Origin: an uncultured Sulfitobacter sp. | GTDB taxonomy: Bacteria > Pseudomonadota > Alphaproteobacteria > Rhodobacterales > Rhodobacteraceae | DNA length: 64,000 nucleotides | Direction of reading: 5' to 3' | Assembly (NCBI GenBank): GCA_963422245.2 | Contig: CAXMWW010000032.1 | Coordinates: 181,500 to 245,499, forward strand | Shown here: one piece after another, positions 1 through 11,995 of the stretch | Numbering within the stretch: position 1 is the stretch's first letter | Layout of the letters: each line of letters opens with the position of its first letter | Made by a program: the position numbers and the translations under genes | Notes under the pieces: model-generated | Database searches by the model: none | Told to the model about the DNA's origin: nothing | What the model saw: the letters and a program-made list of their open reading frames with translations, nothing else

Positions 1-159
1 CATGTCCGCGATGGGGGCGATAAACGTGACAAGCACGAAAATCAGCAGGGGGGCGATCAGAATGAGCGCGCGAAACTTGGACAGCCGCAGCGCCCGGTTG
101 AGCGATTTTTTCAGCGGGGTGCCATCGGCGGCAAGGACGGGGCCTGCAGTATCGGTCAC
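1..159 (-). CDS. Polyamine-type ABC transporter permease (PotB-like), N-terminal part, runs off the window
   Basis: GTG at 159 with GGAGG RBS; translation MTDTAGPVLAADGTPLKKSLNRALRLSKFRALILIAPLLIFVLVTFIAPIADM has a hydrophobic first helix; downstream of PotA/PotD-like genes on the same strand. Confidence 0.75.
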   Translation of the reverse strand, partial: MTDTAGPVLAADGTPLKKSLNRALRLSKFRALILIAPLLIFVLVTFIAPIADM

Positions 160-160
160 G

Positions 161-454
161 TCAGCCCTCCCAGCCTTCGACGATGGCCATCTCGGAGGTT
201 GAGGCCCCAAGGCGAATTTTCAGATTTTCCTGATAATCAGGGTCGTTATAGGCATCCAGAGCCGCCTGATAGCTGGGAAACTCCACAACAACCTGACGGG
301 GGTGCGCACAGCCCTCGGGGCGCTCATTCTGGCCACCACGGACCAGAAACCGGCCACCATAGCGGCCGAAAAGTTCATCATTCTTGGCCGCGTAGCCCTT
401 GTAGGCCTCGGGGTCCGACACGGTGCCGAATGCGATCAGATAGCCTTTGGGCAT
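161..454 (-). CDS. DUF1330-domain small protein (97 aa)
   Basis: True start at [10 protein letters not shown] within ORF 161..817; GGRFLVRGG and [11 protein letters not shown] motifs typical of DUF1330. Confidence 0.85.
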   Translation of the reverse strand: MPKGYLIAFGTVSDPEAYKGYAAKNDELFGRYGGRFLVRGGQNERPEGCAHPRQVVVEFPSYQAALDAYNDPDYQENLKIRLGASTSEMAIVEGWEG

Positions 455-473
455 GGAGGTCTCCTGGGCTTGG

Positions 474-498
474 GTAGGGTGGGCATTGCTGCCCACCC
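474..498 (+). repeat. REP-like palindrome (GTAG family)
   Basis: GTAGGGTGGGCA-TTGC-TGCCCACCC; similar units at 11996-12046 and 27457-27589. Confidence 0.75.
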
Positions 499-515
499 CT
501 ATCTTCAACAGCGGC

Positions 516-1610
516 TTATTGTGCCAGCCACGCCTGGAACTTCGCGTCGATGTCGTCGCGATAGTCAGCCCAGAACTCGTAGTTGTACAGGAACGTACGT
601 TTGGAGTTGTTGGGGTCGGTCGGCATGTGCGGTGCCATGTCGATGCCCAGATCAGCGTGCTTGCCCACCAGCGGTGCGGAGGACTTACGTGCCGGACCGT
701 AGGAGATGTACTTGGCCTGATCGGCCAGACGCTGCGTGTCTGTCGCGAACTTGACATAGTCCAGTGCGCGCGCCTGACGCTCTTCGGAAAGGCCCGTGGG
801 GATGATCCAGCCGTCAAGGTCGAACACCTGCGCGTCCCACAGCATGGCGATGGGCTGGTTCTGCTCTTCGATCAGGCTGAACAGACGACCGTTGTAGGTG
901 GAACCCATCACGACTTCGCCGTCCGCCAGCAGTTGAGGCGTGTCGGCACCGGCAGACCACCAGACAACGTCGTCCTTGATGGTGGCAAGCTTGTCGAGCG
1001 CCTGCTGCTGACCTTCTTCGGTCTCCAGCACGTCATAAACGTCTTCAAACGCCACACCGTCACAGATCAGCGCCCATTCCATGTTGTTGATCGGGCGCTT
1101 CTCCAGCGAACGCTTGCCGGGATAGGCCTCGGTGTCGAACACGGCGCAGACGTCGGTCGGAGGCGTGTCGCCAACCAGGTCGGTGCGATAGCCGAAGGTG
1201 GTGGAATACACGATCTGCGGGATGAAGCAGTCGCCAACCAGCAGGTCGCCGAAGTCTTCGGTTGCGGTGGAGCCATCGTCGCCCGCAGCCAGCATTTCGT
1301 CGGCGTCGATTTCCATCGCCAGACCTTCGTCGCACAGACGCAGGGCGTCAGCCGCAACCACGTCAACCACGTCCCAGGTCACGTTGCCCGCTTCGTTCAT
1401 CGCGCGCAGCTTGGCCACCGCTTCGGCAGAGCTGTCGTCGTTGATGATGTTCACGCCATCATTGGCGGCCATGTAGGGGTCATGATAGGCTAGCTGCTGT
1501 GACTTGGAATAGGCACCGCCCCAGGACACGATGGTCATGTCTTCGGCATGTGCTGCAGCACCGGCAACTGTCAAAGCCGTTGTGGCCAGAAGTGTTTTGG
1601 TGAGTTTCAT
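516..1610 (-). CDS. Polyamine/opine-type ABC transporter periplasmic binding protein (PotD-like)
   Basis: Signal peptide, SWGGAY, WDVVDV, PGKRSL, YNGR motifs. Confidence 0.9.
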   Translation of the reverse strand: MKLTKTLLATTALTVAGAAAHAEDMTIVSWGGAYSKSQQLAYHDPYMAANDGVNIINDDSSAEAVAKLRAMNEAGNVTWDVVDVVAADALRLCDEGLAMEIDADEMLAAGDDGSTATEDFGDLLVGDCFIPQIVYSTTFGYRTDLVGDTPPTDVCAVFDTEAYPGKRSLEKRPINNMEWALICDGVAFEDVYDVLETEEGQQQALDKLATIKDDVVWWSAGADTPQLLADGEVVMGSTYNGRLFSLIEEQNQPIAMLWDAQVFDLDGWIIPTGLSEERQARALDYVKFATDTQRLADQAKYISYGPARKSSAPLVGKHADLGIDMAPHMPTDPNNSKRTFLYNYEFWADYRDDIDAKFQAWLAQ

Positions 1611-1719
1611 TTAGGTTCTCCCAGTTTTACCCGTCGTTTAGGTCAAAGGACGTGATGTCGGGTTTGATCGCGTCCCGGTGTTGATCGCGCGAGGGTTCCC
1701 GCGCGATGTATAGCGCGCA

Positions 1720-2817
1720 TCAGGCATCCAACGCGCGGCAATCCTGTGGCAACCAGCCGATGTCGACTGTGGTGCCGGGTTCCAGCCGTTCCTGATCGGC
1801 CCGGTTGCGGGTCTTGACGATGAAGTTGTCATTCCCCGCCACCCGAAGCCGCGTGCGGAACACGTCACCCATGTAGATAAACTCCAGCACCTCGGCCTTG
1901 ATGGTATGGGCATCGGCCCCGAGGTTGGGGTTGATCTCCACCCGTTCAGGGCGGATCGACACGGTTGTGCGCTCGCCTGCCGTGTTGACGTTCACCGGCT
2001 TGGCATCAATCAGGCTGCCATCGTCCAGCTTCACCAGCGCGATGTCGCCCTTGATCTCCTGCACCACACCTTCGAGCGTGTTGTTCTCGCCAATGAACTG
2101 CGCCACGAAGCTGTTGCGCGGCTCTTCATAAAGCACATCTGGCGGATCGAGCTGCTGAATGCGCCCGTCTTCAAAAACGGCGACACGGTCCGACATGGTC
2201 AGCGCTTCGGTCTGGTCGTGGGTCACGTAAACCACTGTGATCCCAAGGTTATCCGCGATGTGCTTGATCTCGAACTGCATGTGCTCGCGCAACTGCTTGT
2301 CCAAAGCCCCCAGCGGTTCGTCCATCAACACCAGATCAGGCTCAAACACCAACGCGCGGGACAGCGCCACGCGCTGCTGCTGACCACCGGACAGCTGAGC
2401 GGGGCGGCGTCCGCCAAACTCACCCATCTGCACCATATCGAGCGCGCGCTTAACCTTCTCTTCACGCTCCGACTTGCCCATTTTGCGGACCTCCAGCGGA
2501 AAGCTGAGGTTCTCGGCAATCGTCATGTGTGGGAAAAGCGCGTAGTTCTGGAACACCATGCCAATGCCGCGCTTGTGGGGGCTGATGTTGTTGATGGGCT
2601 TGCCATCCAGCAGGATGTCGCCGTGGGTCGCGGTCTCAAACCCCGCAAGCATCATCAGACAAGTCGTCTTGCCAGACCCCGATGGCCCCAACATGGTCAG
2701 AAACTCGCCCTTGCCAATCGACAGGTTGAGGTCTTTCACGACCAGTGTTTCACCATCGTAGCTTTTCTGCACACGATCGAAAACGACGAAGCCGTCGTTC
2801 GTTCCACTATCCAGCAA
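1720..2817 (-). CDS. potA: Polyamine-type ABC transporter ATP-binding protein
   Basis: GPSGSGKT Walker A, LSGGQQQR signature, LMDEPLGALD, C-terminal TOBE-like region. Confidence 0.9.
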   Translation of the reverse strand: MLDSGTNDGFVVFDRVQKSYDGETLVVKDLNLSIGKGEFLTMLGPSGSGKTTCLMMLAGFETATHGDILLDGKPINNISPHKRGIGMVFQNYALFPHMTIAENLSFPLEVRKMGKSEREEKVKRALDMVQMGEFGGRRPAQLSGGQQQRVALSRALVFEPDLVLMDEPLGALDKQLREHMQFEIKHIADNLGITVVYVTHDQTEALTMSDRVAVFEDGRIQQLDPPDVLYEEPRNSFVAQFIGENNTLEGVVQEIKGDIALVKLDDGSLIDAKPVNVNTAGERTTVSIRPERVEINPNLGADAHTIKAEVLEFIYMGDVFRTRLRVAGNDNFIVKTRNRADQERLEPGTTVDIGWLPQDCRALDA

Positions 2818-2984
2818 TCCGCACCTCCCCAGGTGTCCGTTTCCGCCCGTTCCGGCAGTTCAATGTCAGACAATACACGCCACTATGTCCTTTGCAACGA
2901 TTCCCGCGCGTGAGGCAGCGGTTTGGGAAAAAGGTGCGGAATGCGCCTTTTGCCTGTGCGATTTGGCTGCGAAATGCCCTGAAT

Positions 2985-4205
2985 TCAGCCAATTACGTTA
3001 TGCTCCGGTCCATAGGGAAAGCCTGTGATATTCTCTGCCCCGTCTTGGCCGACGACCAGAACATCGTGTTCGCGATACCCGCCCGCACCGGGGGTGCCCT
3101 GTGGCACCCACAGCATCGGCTCCATCGACACAACCATGCCGGGCTCCAGCACCGTGTCGATGTCCTCGCGCAGCTCCAGCCCCGCCTCGCGGCCGTAGTA
3201 GTGGCTGAGCACGCCAAACGAATGGCCATAGCCGAAGGACCGATAGTCCAGCAGGCCTTGATCGGCAAAGAAGCGGTTGATCTCGGCACAGATGCCCGCG
3301 CAGGTCGCCCCCGGTTTGATCAGGCGCAGGCCCAACTCATGGGCCGCCACGTTGGCTTGCCACAGCTTCAAGGACGCCGCGTCCACATCGCGCAGAAACA
3401 GGGTCCGCTCCAGCGCGGTATAGTAGCCGCTGATCATCGGGAAAGTATTGAGGCTGAGGATATCGCCTTGCCGCAGCGTCCGCGTGGTCACCGGGTTGTG
3501 GGCCCCATCGGTGTTGAGCCCCGACTGGAACCAGACCCAGGTATCGCGCAGCTCTGAGTCAGGATGGCTGCGGGCAATCTCAAGCTCCATCGCGTCACGG
3601 CCTGCCATGGCCACGTCAATCTCGCGCGCGCCTTCACGGATCGCGTCGCGCACCGCATAGCCGCCCACGTCGGCAATGCGCGCCCCTTCGCGGATCAGTG
3701 CGATTTCCTCGGGCGACTTGATCATCCGCGCGGCCATGGTGTCGGGCGCGATATCCACGATCTCGGGACCGCCCAGCATATCGGCCAGCGTACTCCGGCC
3801 CGCCAGGGGCAGGTGGTCCCCTTCAATCCCGATCCGACCTGCGCCATTGGTCAAGGTTGCAACGGCGCGCCAATAATTGTCCCGCTCCCAATCTGTGTAG
3901 ATCACGTTGTCGCCGAAGCTGCGCCGCCAGGGCTGGCTGCCGTCGATATTAGCGCTGACCGTGGTGCAGGCGTCTTGCGTGACCACGCAGGCATAAGGCC
4001 GCCCGAACGCGCAATAAAGGAACCCTGAGTAGTAGGCGATGTTGTGCATGGATGTGAGCAGAACCGCCGGCACATCGCGAGCGGCCATGATGGCACGCAG
4101 GCGGGTCAGGCGGGTCTCATACTCCGCGGCTGAGAAGGGCAGCACCTTTTCGCCGTCATGGCGCGAAAAGAACTGCGGGCGGGTGTGGGTGGTGGTGTCG
4201 AGCAT
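2985..4205 (-). CDS. Creatinase (creatine amidinohydrolase, M24 fold), 406 aa
   Basis: Start MLDTTTH with GGAGG RBS; creatinase-type motifs HNGEKV-like, TWVWFQSGLNTDGAHNPVT, YYTALERTLF, GHSFGVLSHYYGREAGLELRED, GAGGYREHD. Confidence 0.92.
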   Translation of the reverse strand: MLDTTTHTRPQFFSRHDGEKVLPFSAAEYETRLTRLRAIMAARDVPAVLLTSMHNIAYYSGFLYCAFGRPYACVVTQDACTTVSANIDGSQPWRRSFGDNVIYTDWERDNYWRAVATLTNGAGRIGIEGDHLPLAGRSTLADMLGGPEIVDIAPDTMAARMIKSPEEIALIREGARIADVGGYAVRDAIREGAREIDVAMAGRDAMELEIARSHPDSELRDTWVWFQSGLNTDGAHNPVTTRTLRQGDILSLNTFPMISGYYTALERTLFLRDVDAASLKLWQANVAAHELGLRLIKPGATCAGICAEINRFFADQGLLDYRSFGYGHSFGVLSHYYGREAGLELREDIDTVLEPGMVVSMEPMLWVPQGTPGAGGYREHDVLVVGQDGAENITGFPYGPEHNVIG

Positions 4206-4223
4206 CCAAATGTCCTCCGTCAG

Positions 4224-4307
4224 GTCCGGGAAAGACAAAGCCCGGACATCAAAGAATATCCGGGCGTACAGGATCGCTGTTTTGAACCCCCGCGACGCCA
4301 TCGCGGG
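4224..4307 (-). promoter_or_regulatory. Structured 5' leader of creatinase with a terminator-like hairpin and a competing hairpin
   Basis: Minus strand GCCCGGA-N12-TCCGGGC followed by TTTGTCTTT; alternative GTCCGGG-N10-CCCGGAC; TTGACA on minus strand at 4339-4344. Confidence 0.4.
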
Positions 4308-4409
4308 TGGGGAAGTCGTAGTGCGCCAGAAGCGATTCTGTCAATCACTGGCTTGAGCATCGCAGGGCCTTGCCGCAGTCTGACCTCACCTTTTGGAGTT
4401 CTTACGCCC

Positions 4410-5597
4410 ATGCTGACCACCGCCCAGATGCCCTTTACCGCGCCTGAATATGCCCGCCGCCTGTCGCTGACCCGTACTGCGATGGACAAGGCCGGGATCG
4501 CCGTTCTGGTGGTCACCGACCCCTCCAATCAGAACTGGCTGACAGGCTATGACGGCTGGTCGTTCTATGTGCATCAGGCAGTGATTGTTCCCTTGGAAGG
4601 CAAGCCGTTCTGGTGGGGACGCAGGCAGGATGCCAATGGGGCGGAGCGCACCGTCGATCCGGACGCCACGGACATAGAATTCTACCTCGATCACTTTGTA
4701 CAATCGACCTAGCGGCACCCAATGCAGGATCTGGCAGAGAAGCTGCGCGAACGCGGGTTGGCGGTAGGGCCGGTGGGCGTCGAGATGGACAATTATTATT
4801 TCTCGGCAAAGGCTTATACGTCGCTTGCTGAAGCTCTGCCGAGTGTAGAGATCAAGGACACCACAGCTTTGGTCAACTGGCAACGCGCCATCAAGTCAGA
4901 TGAGGAAATCGCCTTCATGCGCCGGGCGGCATTGATCTCTGATAAGATCACACGCCTCGCCATCGACCGCGCCGCCCCCGGCGTGCGCAAGAACGATCTG
5001 GCGGCTCAGATTATGGCCGAAGGCATCGAAGGTGTGGGGGACAGCTGGGGCGACTATCCAGCCATTGTGCCGCTGATGCCCTCAGGCTCGGACGCCGCCG
5101 CGCCCCACCTGACCTGGAATGGTGAGGAGATGCGCGCGAGCGAAGTGACCTTCTTTGAACTCGCAGGCTGCTACCGCCGATATCACGTGCCTTTGTCGCG
5201 CTCCGTGTTCCTGGGCAAGCCCCCTGCGCATATCCTAAACGGGGAGGCGGCGCTGATCGAAGGGCTGGAGGCGGGGTTGGAGAAAGCCCGGGCAGGCAAT
5301 CGCACACAGGACATCGCCAATGCGCTGGGCGATGTGATGGAACGTGCGGGCATCGACCGCGGCGCGCGGTGTGGCTATGCGATTGGGCTCAGCTACCCAC
5401 CCGATTGGGGCGAGCGCACGATGTCTTTGCGCCCCGAGGACGAGACTGTTCTGCAACCGGGCATGACATTCCACTTCATGCCCGGCCTTTGGATGGACGG
5501 CTGGGGGCTGGAGATTACGGAGAGCATTCTGATCACGGATGATGGCCCGGCGGAGACGTTCTGTAGCATCGATCGTAAGCTCTTTGTGAAGGACTGA
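4410..5597 (+). pseudogene. doeA: Ectoine hydrolase DoeA/EutD-like M24 protein interrupted by in-frame TAG at 4710-4712
   Basis: WLTGYDGWSFYVHQ, DHFVQST*RHPM (family reads QSTERHPM), DAAAPHLTW, GLSYPPDWGERTMSLR, FHFMPGLW; both halves in one frame. Confidence 0.85.
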
Positions 5598-5600
5598 ACG

Positions 5601-6752
5601 ATGAGCAATCTGGAGCGCAGCATCGACATCCTCAGCGATCTGATCGCCTATCCCACCGTGTCCATCGAAAGCAATCTGGCGATGATCCATGATCTGGCCG
5701 GACGGCTGGAAGAAGCGGGCGCGCGGGTTGAGGTCTTTGACGATGAGAGCGGGCAGAAGGCCAATCTTTACGGTGTGTTGGGATCGGATCAGCCGGGCGG
5801 TCTGCTGCTGGCCGGACACACGGATGTGGTGCCGGTGACGGATCAGGACTGGTCCTCGGACCCGTTTGAAATGCGCCGCGACGGTGGGCGGCTTTACGGG
5901 CGCGGGACCTGTGACATGAAGGGGTTTATTGCCGCCTGCGTGGCGCTGGCCCCTGATTTGGCGATGCGCGGCAAGCCGGTGCATTTTGCCTTTACCTATG
6001 ATGAGGAAATCGGATGTTTCGGCGCGCAGGCTTTGGCGGAACAGCTGGCTGGGCGCGACGATACGCCTGCGATGGGCATCATCGGTGAGCCCACTGAGAT
6101 GCGCCTGATTGAGGGCCACAAGGGTTGTTACGAGTATTGCGCGCATTTTAGCGGGCGAGAGGGTCATGGATCGCTGCCCGATCTGGGGGTCAACGCGGTC
6201 GAATATGCGGTACGCTACGTGTCGCGGCTGTTGGAGCTGCGCGAGGCCCTGAAGGCGCGCGCACCCGCAGGCAGCCCTTTTGACCCGCCTTATGCCACAA
6301 TCAACATCGGGTCGTTGAACGGCGGCATCGCGCCCAACGTGATCCCCGGCAAGGCCTCGGTGAATTAGGAGATGCGGCCTGTGGCGCCGGGGGATGCGGA
6401 TTATGTAAAGAACGATCTGGCCTGGCTGATCGAGGATCAGCTTCTGCCAGAGATGCGTCAGATCTGGCCTGATGCCGCGATTGAGACGGAGGTGATTGCG
6501 GAGGTCATGGGCCTGTCGCCCATGCCTGAAAATGCGGCGCGTGATCTGGTGATGGCGCTAACCGGGGCCAACAGTACCGATGTGGTGTCTTTTGGGACCG
6601 AAGCGGGGATTTTCCAGACGCTGGGGATGGATGTACTGGTGTGTGGACCGGGGTCGATTGAACAGGCCCATAAGTCGGATGAGTATCTGGAGGTTTCTCA
6701 GCTGGCGGAATGCATCGCGCTCTTGCAAAGGCTGAGTGAGCGGCAGCCGTGA
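5601..6752 (+). pseudogene. argE: Acetylornithine deacetylase ArgE-like M20A hydrolase interrupted by in-frame TAG at 6366-6368
   Basis: GHTDVVP, GRGTCDMKGF, YDEEIGC, GEPT, SFGTEAG, QAHKSDEY; ASVN*EMRP where family usually has a Trp. Confidence 0.85.
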
Positions 6753-6753
6753 T

Positions 6754-6820
6754 CTGATTGCGCGGCTGCGCCGCAAGACATGTTTTTGGGCAGCGCCTTT
6801 TGCGGCGTGGTTTCCGAGGA
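6754..6820. repeat. ~66 bp dispersed intergenic repeat, copy 1
   Basis: CTGATTGCGCGGCTGCGCCGCAAGACATGTTTTTGGG...TTTCCGAGGA aligns with 32850-32915. Confidence 0.7.
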
Positions 6821-6845
6821 TTGAGTGGGTGCGCTTGTAGCGCGG

Positions 6846-7562
6846 TCAGCGGTTCGGCAGCCCTGCGAGGTCCCTCATATGCCAAATCAGCGCTTGGTTA
6901 GACGAAAAGACCGGCTTGCCGAGGTCTGCTTCGATCCTTGGGATCACGTCTAGTGTCCGCAGGTTCGTGCAGCTGAGAAAGATCGCTTGGGCTTCAGGGG
7001 CCGCGCCGAGGGTCATGGCGGCCTCATAGAGGGAGTCTTTCGAGATTTTGGCGACCTTGGTTTCTTCCGCTTCATTGAAAGAGCCGAATATGGGGGAGGT
7101 CACCCCTTCAGCCGCTAGCGCATCGCGCAGGGTGCGGCTGACGGTTTCGATGTAGGGGGACAGGAAGGCGAGGCGGGTGATGCCTTTGGCTTCGCAAAGC
7201 GCTGACAGGGCTGTCAGCGGATCGGTCACGTGTTTGGTCCGGCACCCGGCGCGCACCTGTTCGGCGATCTTTTCTGCCCCGATTACGGCGGTGCCGGAGG
7301 TGCAGCCATAGCCGACTACATCGTAGCTCAGTTCCGGCGGCAGTAGTTTTGCGGCCACGGGCAGGGCAGCGGACATTTGCGCCAGCGTGTCGGGGGTGAC
7401 ATCAGCGCCCGACGGCACGCGGCTGACGTAGAGGCTGATGTCGGGCGCGGTGAAGCTGCGGCGCAAGTCGTGTTCGAGGGTTTCATCCGTTTGCAGCACG
7501 ATCATGCCAAGGGTGGCTTGGGTGCCGATGGGCCCGTCGAGGGTGTAGTCGAAATGGGTCAT
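6846..7562 (-). CDS. Asp/Glu/hydantoin racemase - maleate isomerase family protein (EutA-like)
   Basis: GMIVLQTDETLE, GYGCTSG, FLSCTNL, SSNQAL. Confidence 0.85.
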   Translation of the reverse strand: MTHFDYTLDGPIGTQATLGMIVLQTDETLEHDLRRSFTAPDISLYVSRVPSGADVTPDTLAQMSAALPVAAKLLPPELSYDVVGYGCTSGTAVIGAEKIAEQVRAGCRTKHVTDPLTALSALCEAKGITRLAFLSPYIETVSRTLRDALAAEGVTSPIFGSFNEAEETKVAKISKDSLYEAAMTLGAAPEAQAIFLSCTNLRTLDVIPRIEADLGKPVFSSNQALIWHMRDLAGLPNR

Positions 7563-8722
7563 AGAACCACCAGTTCTGATCCCGCGCGGGGGGAAATGAA
7601 TTCGGCCCCAGTCTCGGTAATCACGATGTCTTCTTCATGCACCATCAGCCGGCCTTCACGCGTTTGAACGCCGGGTTCGAGCGTCAGCACCATGCCCGGT
7701 TCGACCACGGTAAGATCCTGCGCAATGAAGGACGGCCATTCGGTCAGCTGCATGCCCAAGCCATGGCCCAGCCGCCCTGCGTCAGAACCGCCCGCGCCGC
7801 CGGTGCAGATCTTGTCCATGGCGTGGAAAATGTCTGCCGCCGTGACACCCGGGCGGGCGGCGTCAAGGCCTGCGGCCACGGCTTCCATCAACTGCTCATG
7901 GGCATCGCGGGCGATTGCGGAGGGTGTGCCGACGGCGAAGTTGCGGTCATAGTCGCAGAAATAGCCGTCCCAGACACAGCCTGTGTCGAGCATCAGGATG
8001 TCGCCCTGTTGCAAGGGCACGGGCGCGGCGGGAGAGATCACATCGCCATACCCGTCCGGTCCGGCACCCCCCGCAAGGTAGGGTACCCAGTCGGCTCCTT
8101 CCTCCAGGCAGAGCATCTGGAAGTGGCGGAACACCTGATCCAGCGGCGTGCCGGGCTGTGCGATCTCTGGCACCCGGTCAAAGGCGCGGCCCGCAATGGT
8201 GCAGGCCTGCCTGATCTTGGCGATCTCGGCGGTGGATTTCACCATCCGCAGTCGCCGCAGGATGCCCGCATCATCGACCAGACGGTCGACGCCCAGAACG
8301 CCATCCAGACGGTAGTAGCTTTGCAGCGGCATGCGCAGGTGCGTCTCGTGTCCCGAAGGCAGGCCGATAGAGCCTGTGGGGGCCACTTCGCGCAGGGTGT
8401 CGGCCAGTAAGGTGATCCCGTCGTCATTGAGATCAGGCGACATCCAGGTGCGGATGTCCGTGATCCAGGTCTGCCCCATGAGGGCGGCACCAATGGAAGG
8501 GATCACGGCAATGGGGTCGCCCGCAGATGGGATCACCAGGAACCAGGGGCGCGTGGGGCTTTCCCAGAAACGCGTCAGGAAACCGGTGAAATAGCGGACC
8601 TCCGCTTCGGTTGTGAGCAACAGCGCAGCGAGTCCGTTTTCCGCCATCAGCGTCTGGGCGCGGGTCAGGCGGGCCTGATATTCGACGGGTTCAAAGCCGC
8701 GGGGCAAATCCGGTTCTGTCAT
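7559..8722 (-). CDS. Xaa-Pro peptidase family (M24) protein
   Basis: Start MTEPDLP; LDTGCVWDGYFCDYDR, GHGLGMQLTE, LTLEPG, HEEDIVIT metal-site motifs. Confidence 0.88.
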   Translation of the reverse strand: MTEPDLPRGFEPVEYQARLTRAQTLMAENGLAALLLTTEAEVRYFTGFLTRFWESPTRPWFLVIPSAGDPIAVIPSIGAALMGQTWITDIRTWMSPDLNDDGITLLADTLREVAPTGSIGLPSGHETHLRMPLQSYYRLDGVLGVDRLVDDAGILRRLRMVKSTAEIAKIRQACTIAGRAFDRVPEIAQPGTPLDQVFRHFQMLCLEEGADWVPYLAGGAGPDGYGDVISPAAPVPLQQGDILMLDTGCVWDGYFCDYDRNFAVGTPSAIARDAHEQLMEAVAAGLDAARPGVTAADIFHAMDKICTGGAGGSDAGRLGHGLGMQLTEWPSFIAQDLTVVEPGMVLTLEPGVQTREGRLMVHEEDIVITETGAEFISPRAGSELVVL

Positions 8723-8762
8723 GGGCGCGATTAAGGCTGGAATGACCGAGCGAGGCAAGCGC

Positions 8763-8806
8763 CGGAATTTTTGAAAAATTCCGTTCCGAATTCTCGCAGA
8801 ATTCGG
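8763..8806. repeat. Degenerate two-hairpin copy of the triple-hairpin element
   Basis: CGGAATTTTT-G-AAAAATTCCG then CCGAATTCT-CGC-AGAATTCGG; compare 24247-24314 and 35870-35937. Confidence 0.6.
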
Positions 8807-8815
8807 GCACCCGGA

Positions 8816-9706
8816 TCAGCCCGTGCTCGCAAGCCGCACGACCTCGCCAATCTCGCGCAGCTGCGCCTCCAGGGGAGAGGACTTGCGCCAGACCATCCCG
8901 ATGGTGCGGCTGGGCTGCGGGCCTTCAAAACGCGTGCAATCGACCTCTGCCGACCGTGTTTCCACCTTTTGGGCCATCTGGGGGATCATGGTGACGCCAA
9001 TGCCCGCCCCCACCATCTGGACCAGTGTTGCCAGCGAAGACCCGTCCAGCCCATCCCGCTGCAGATTGGGGCCCGTGCTGCAAAACGCCAGCGCCTGTTC
9101 GCGAAAGCAGTGGCCTTCTTCCAAGAGCAACAGGCGCATGTCTTTCAGGTCCTCCGGGCCGGGTGCGGGGGCGCTGGCATCTTTCGCGGGGCGCACCAGC
9201 AGGAAATCCTCGGCAAAAAGCGGCAGTTCGCTCAGGCCCGGTTCAGACACCGGCAGGGCCACAACCGCGCAATCGATGCGGCCCTTGGTCAGTTCCTGCA
9301 CCAGCCGGGGCGTCAGTGTTTCGCGCACGTGGATATCCAGACCCGGGTGGCTCTGACCCAGGGCCTTCAGCACACGGGGCAAAAGGTAAGGCGCAATGGT
9401 GGGGATCACGCCCAGTCGGAACCGACCTGCCAGCTGATCGCTGGCCGTGCGCGCATAATCCGCCAGCGCGTCCACACGTGACAGGATATCGCGGGCGTGT
9501 TCTGCAAAACCCTCGCCATAGTGCGTCAGCCGCACTTGGCGCGCGCCGCGTTCAAAGAGCGGCTGACCCAGCTCGCTTTCCATCTCCTTGATCTGCACTG
9601 ACAGCGCAGGCTGAGAGATCGCGCAGACCGCGGCGGCATGGCCGAAATGCTGTTTTTCGGCCAAAGCCTCAAAATAGCGCAGCTGTTTCAGGGTGATATT
9701 CGTCAT
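8816..9706 (-). CDS. oxyR: LysR-family H2O2 sensor OxyR
   Basis: LysR HTH; LLLEEGHCFREQALAFC with the two redox cysteines; divergent from katG. Confidence 0.92.
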   Translation of the reverse strand: MTNITLKQLRYFEALAEKQHFGHAAAVCAISQPALSVQIKEMESELGQPLFERGARQVRLTHYGEGFAEHARDILSRVDALADYARTASDQLAGRFRLGVIPTIAPYLLPRVLKALGQSHPGLDIHVRETLTPRLVQELTKGRIDCAVVALPVSEPGLSELPLFAEDFLLVRPAKDASAPAPGPEDLKDMRLLLLEEGHCFREQALAFCSTGPNLQRDGLDGSSLATLVQMVGAGIGVTMIPQMAQKVETRSAEVDCTRFEGPQPSRTIGMVWRKSSPLEAQLREIGEVVRLASTG

Positions 9707-9741
9707 AACTTCTACTTATCGACGTGATCAGTATTTACAAC
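9705..9741. promoter_or_regulatory. OxyR-type operator
   Basis: ATAA-N7-TTAT-N7-ATCA-N7-CAAC, fits the ATAG-N7-CTAT-N7-ATAG-N7-CTAT spacing; overlaps the oxyR start codon. Confidence 0.65.
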
Positions 9742-9767
9742 TTAAACCTCTGAATTGCGGGTGTTAG

Positions 9768-11987
<2,220 letters not shown>

Positions 11988-11995
11988 TCCTGCAG

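Noticed and set aside
447-1493. Long antisense ORFs (447..1493, 1906..2913, 9786..10712, 32991..34559, 36393..37316, 37675..38736, 41173..42306, 49356..51041 and similar)
   Set aside because: Shadow frames opposite well-supported genes, expected in high-GC DNA; no motifs or RBS
4710-6368. Pyrrolysine or amber recoding, suggested by two in-frame TAGs plus two MttB genes
   Set aside because: Neither MttB contains TAG, no pylTSBCD genes are seen, the two TAGs replace different expected residues (Glu, Trp), and TAG ends several complete genes here (e.g. 32757, 35864, 56101)
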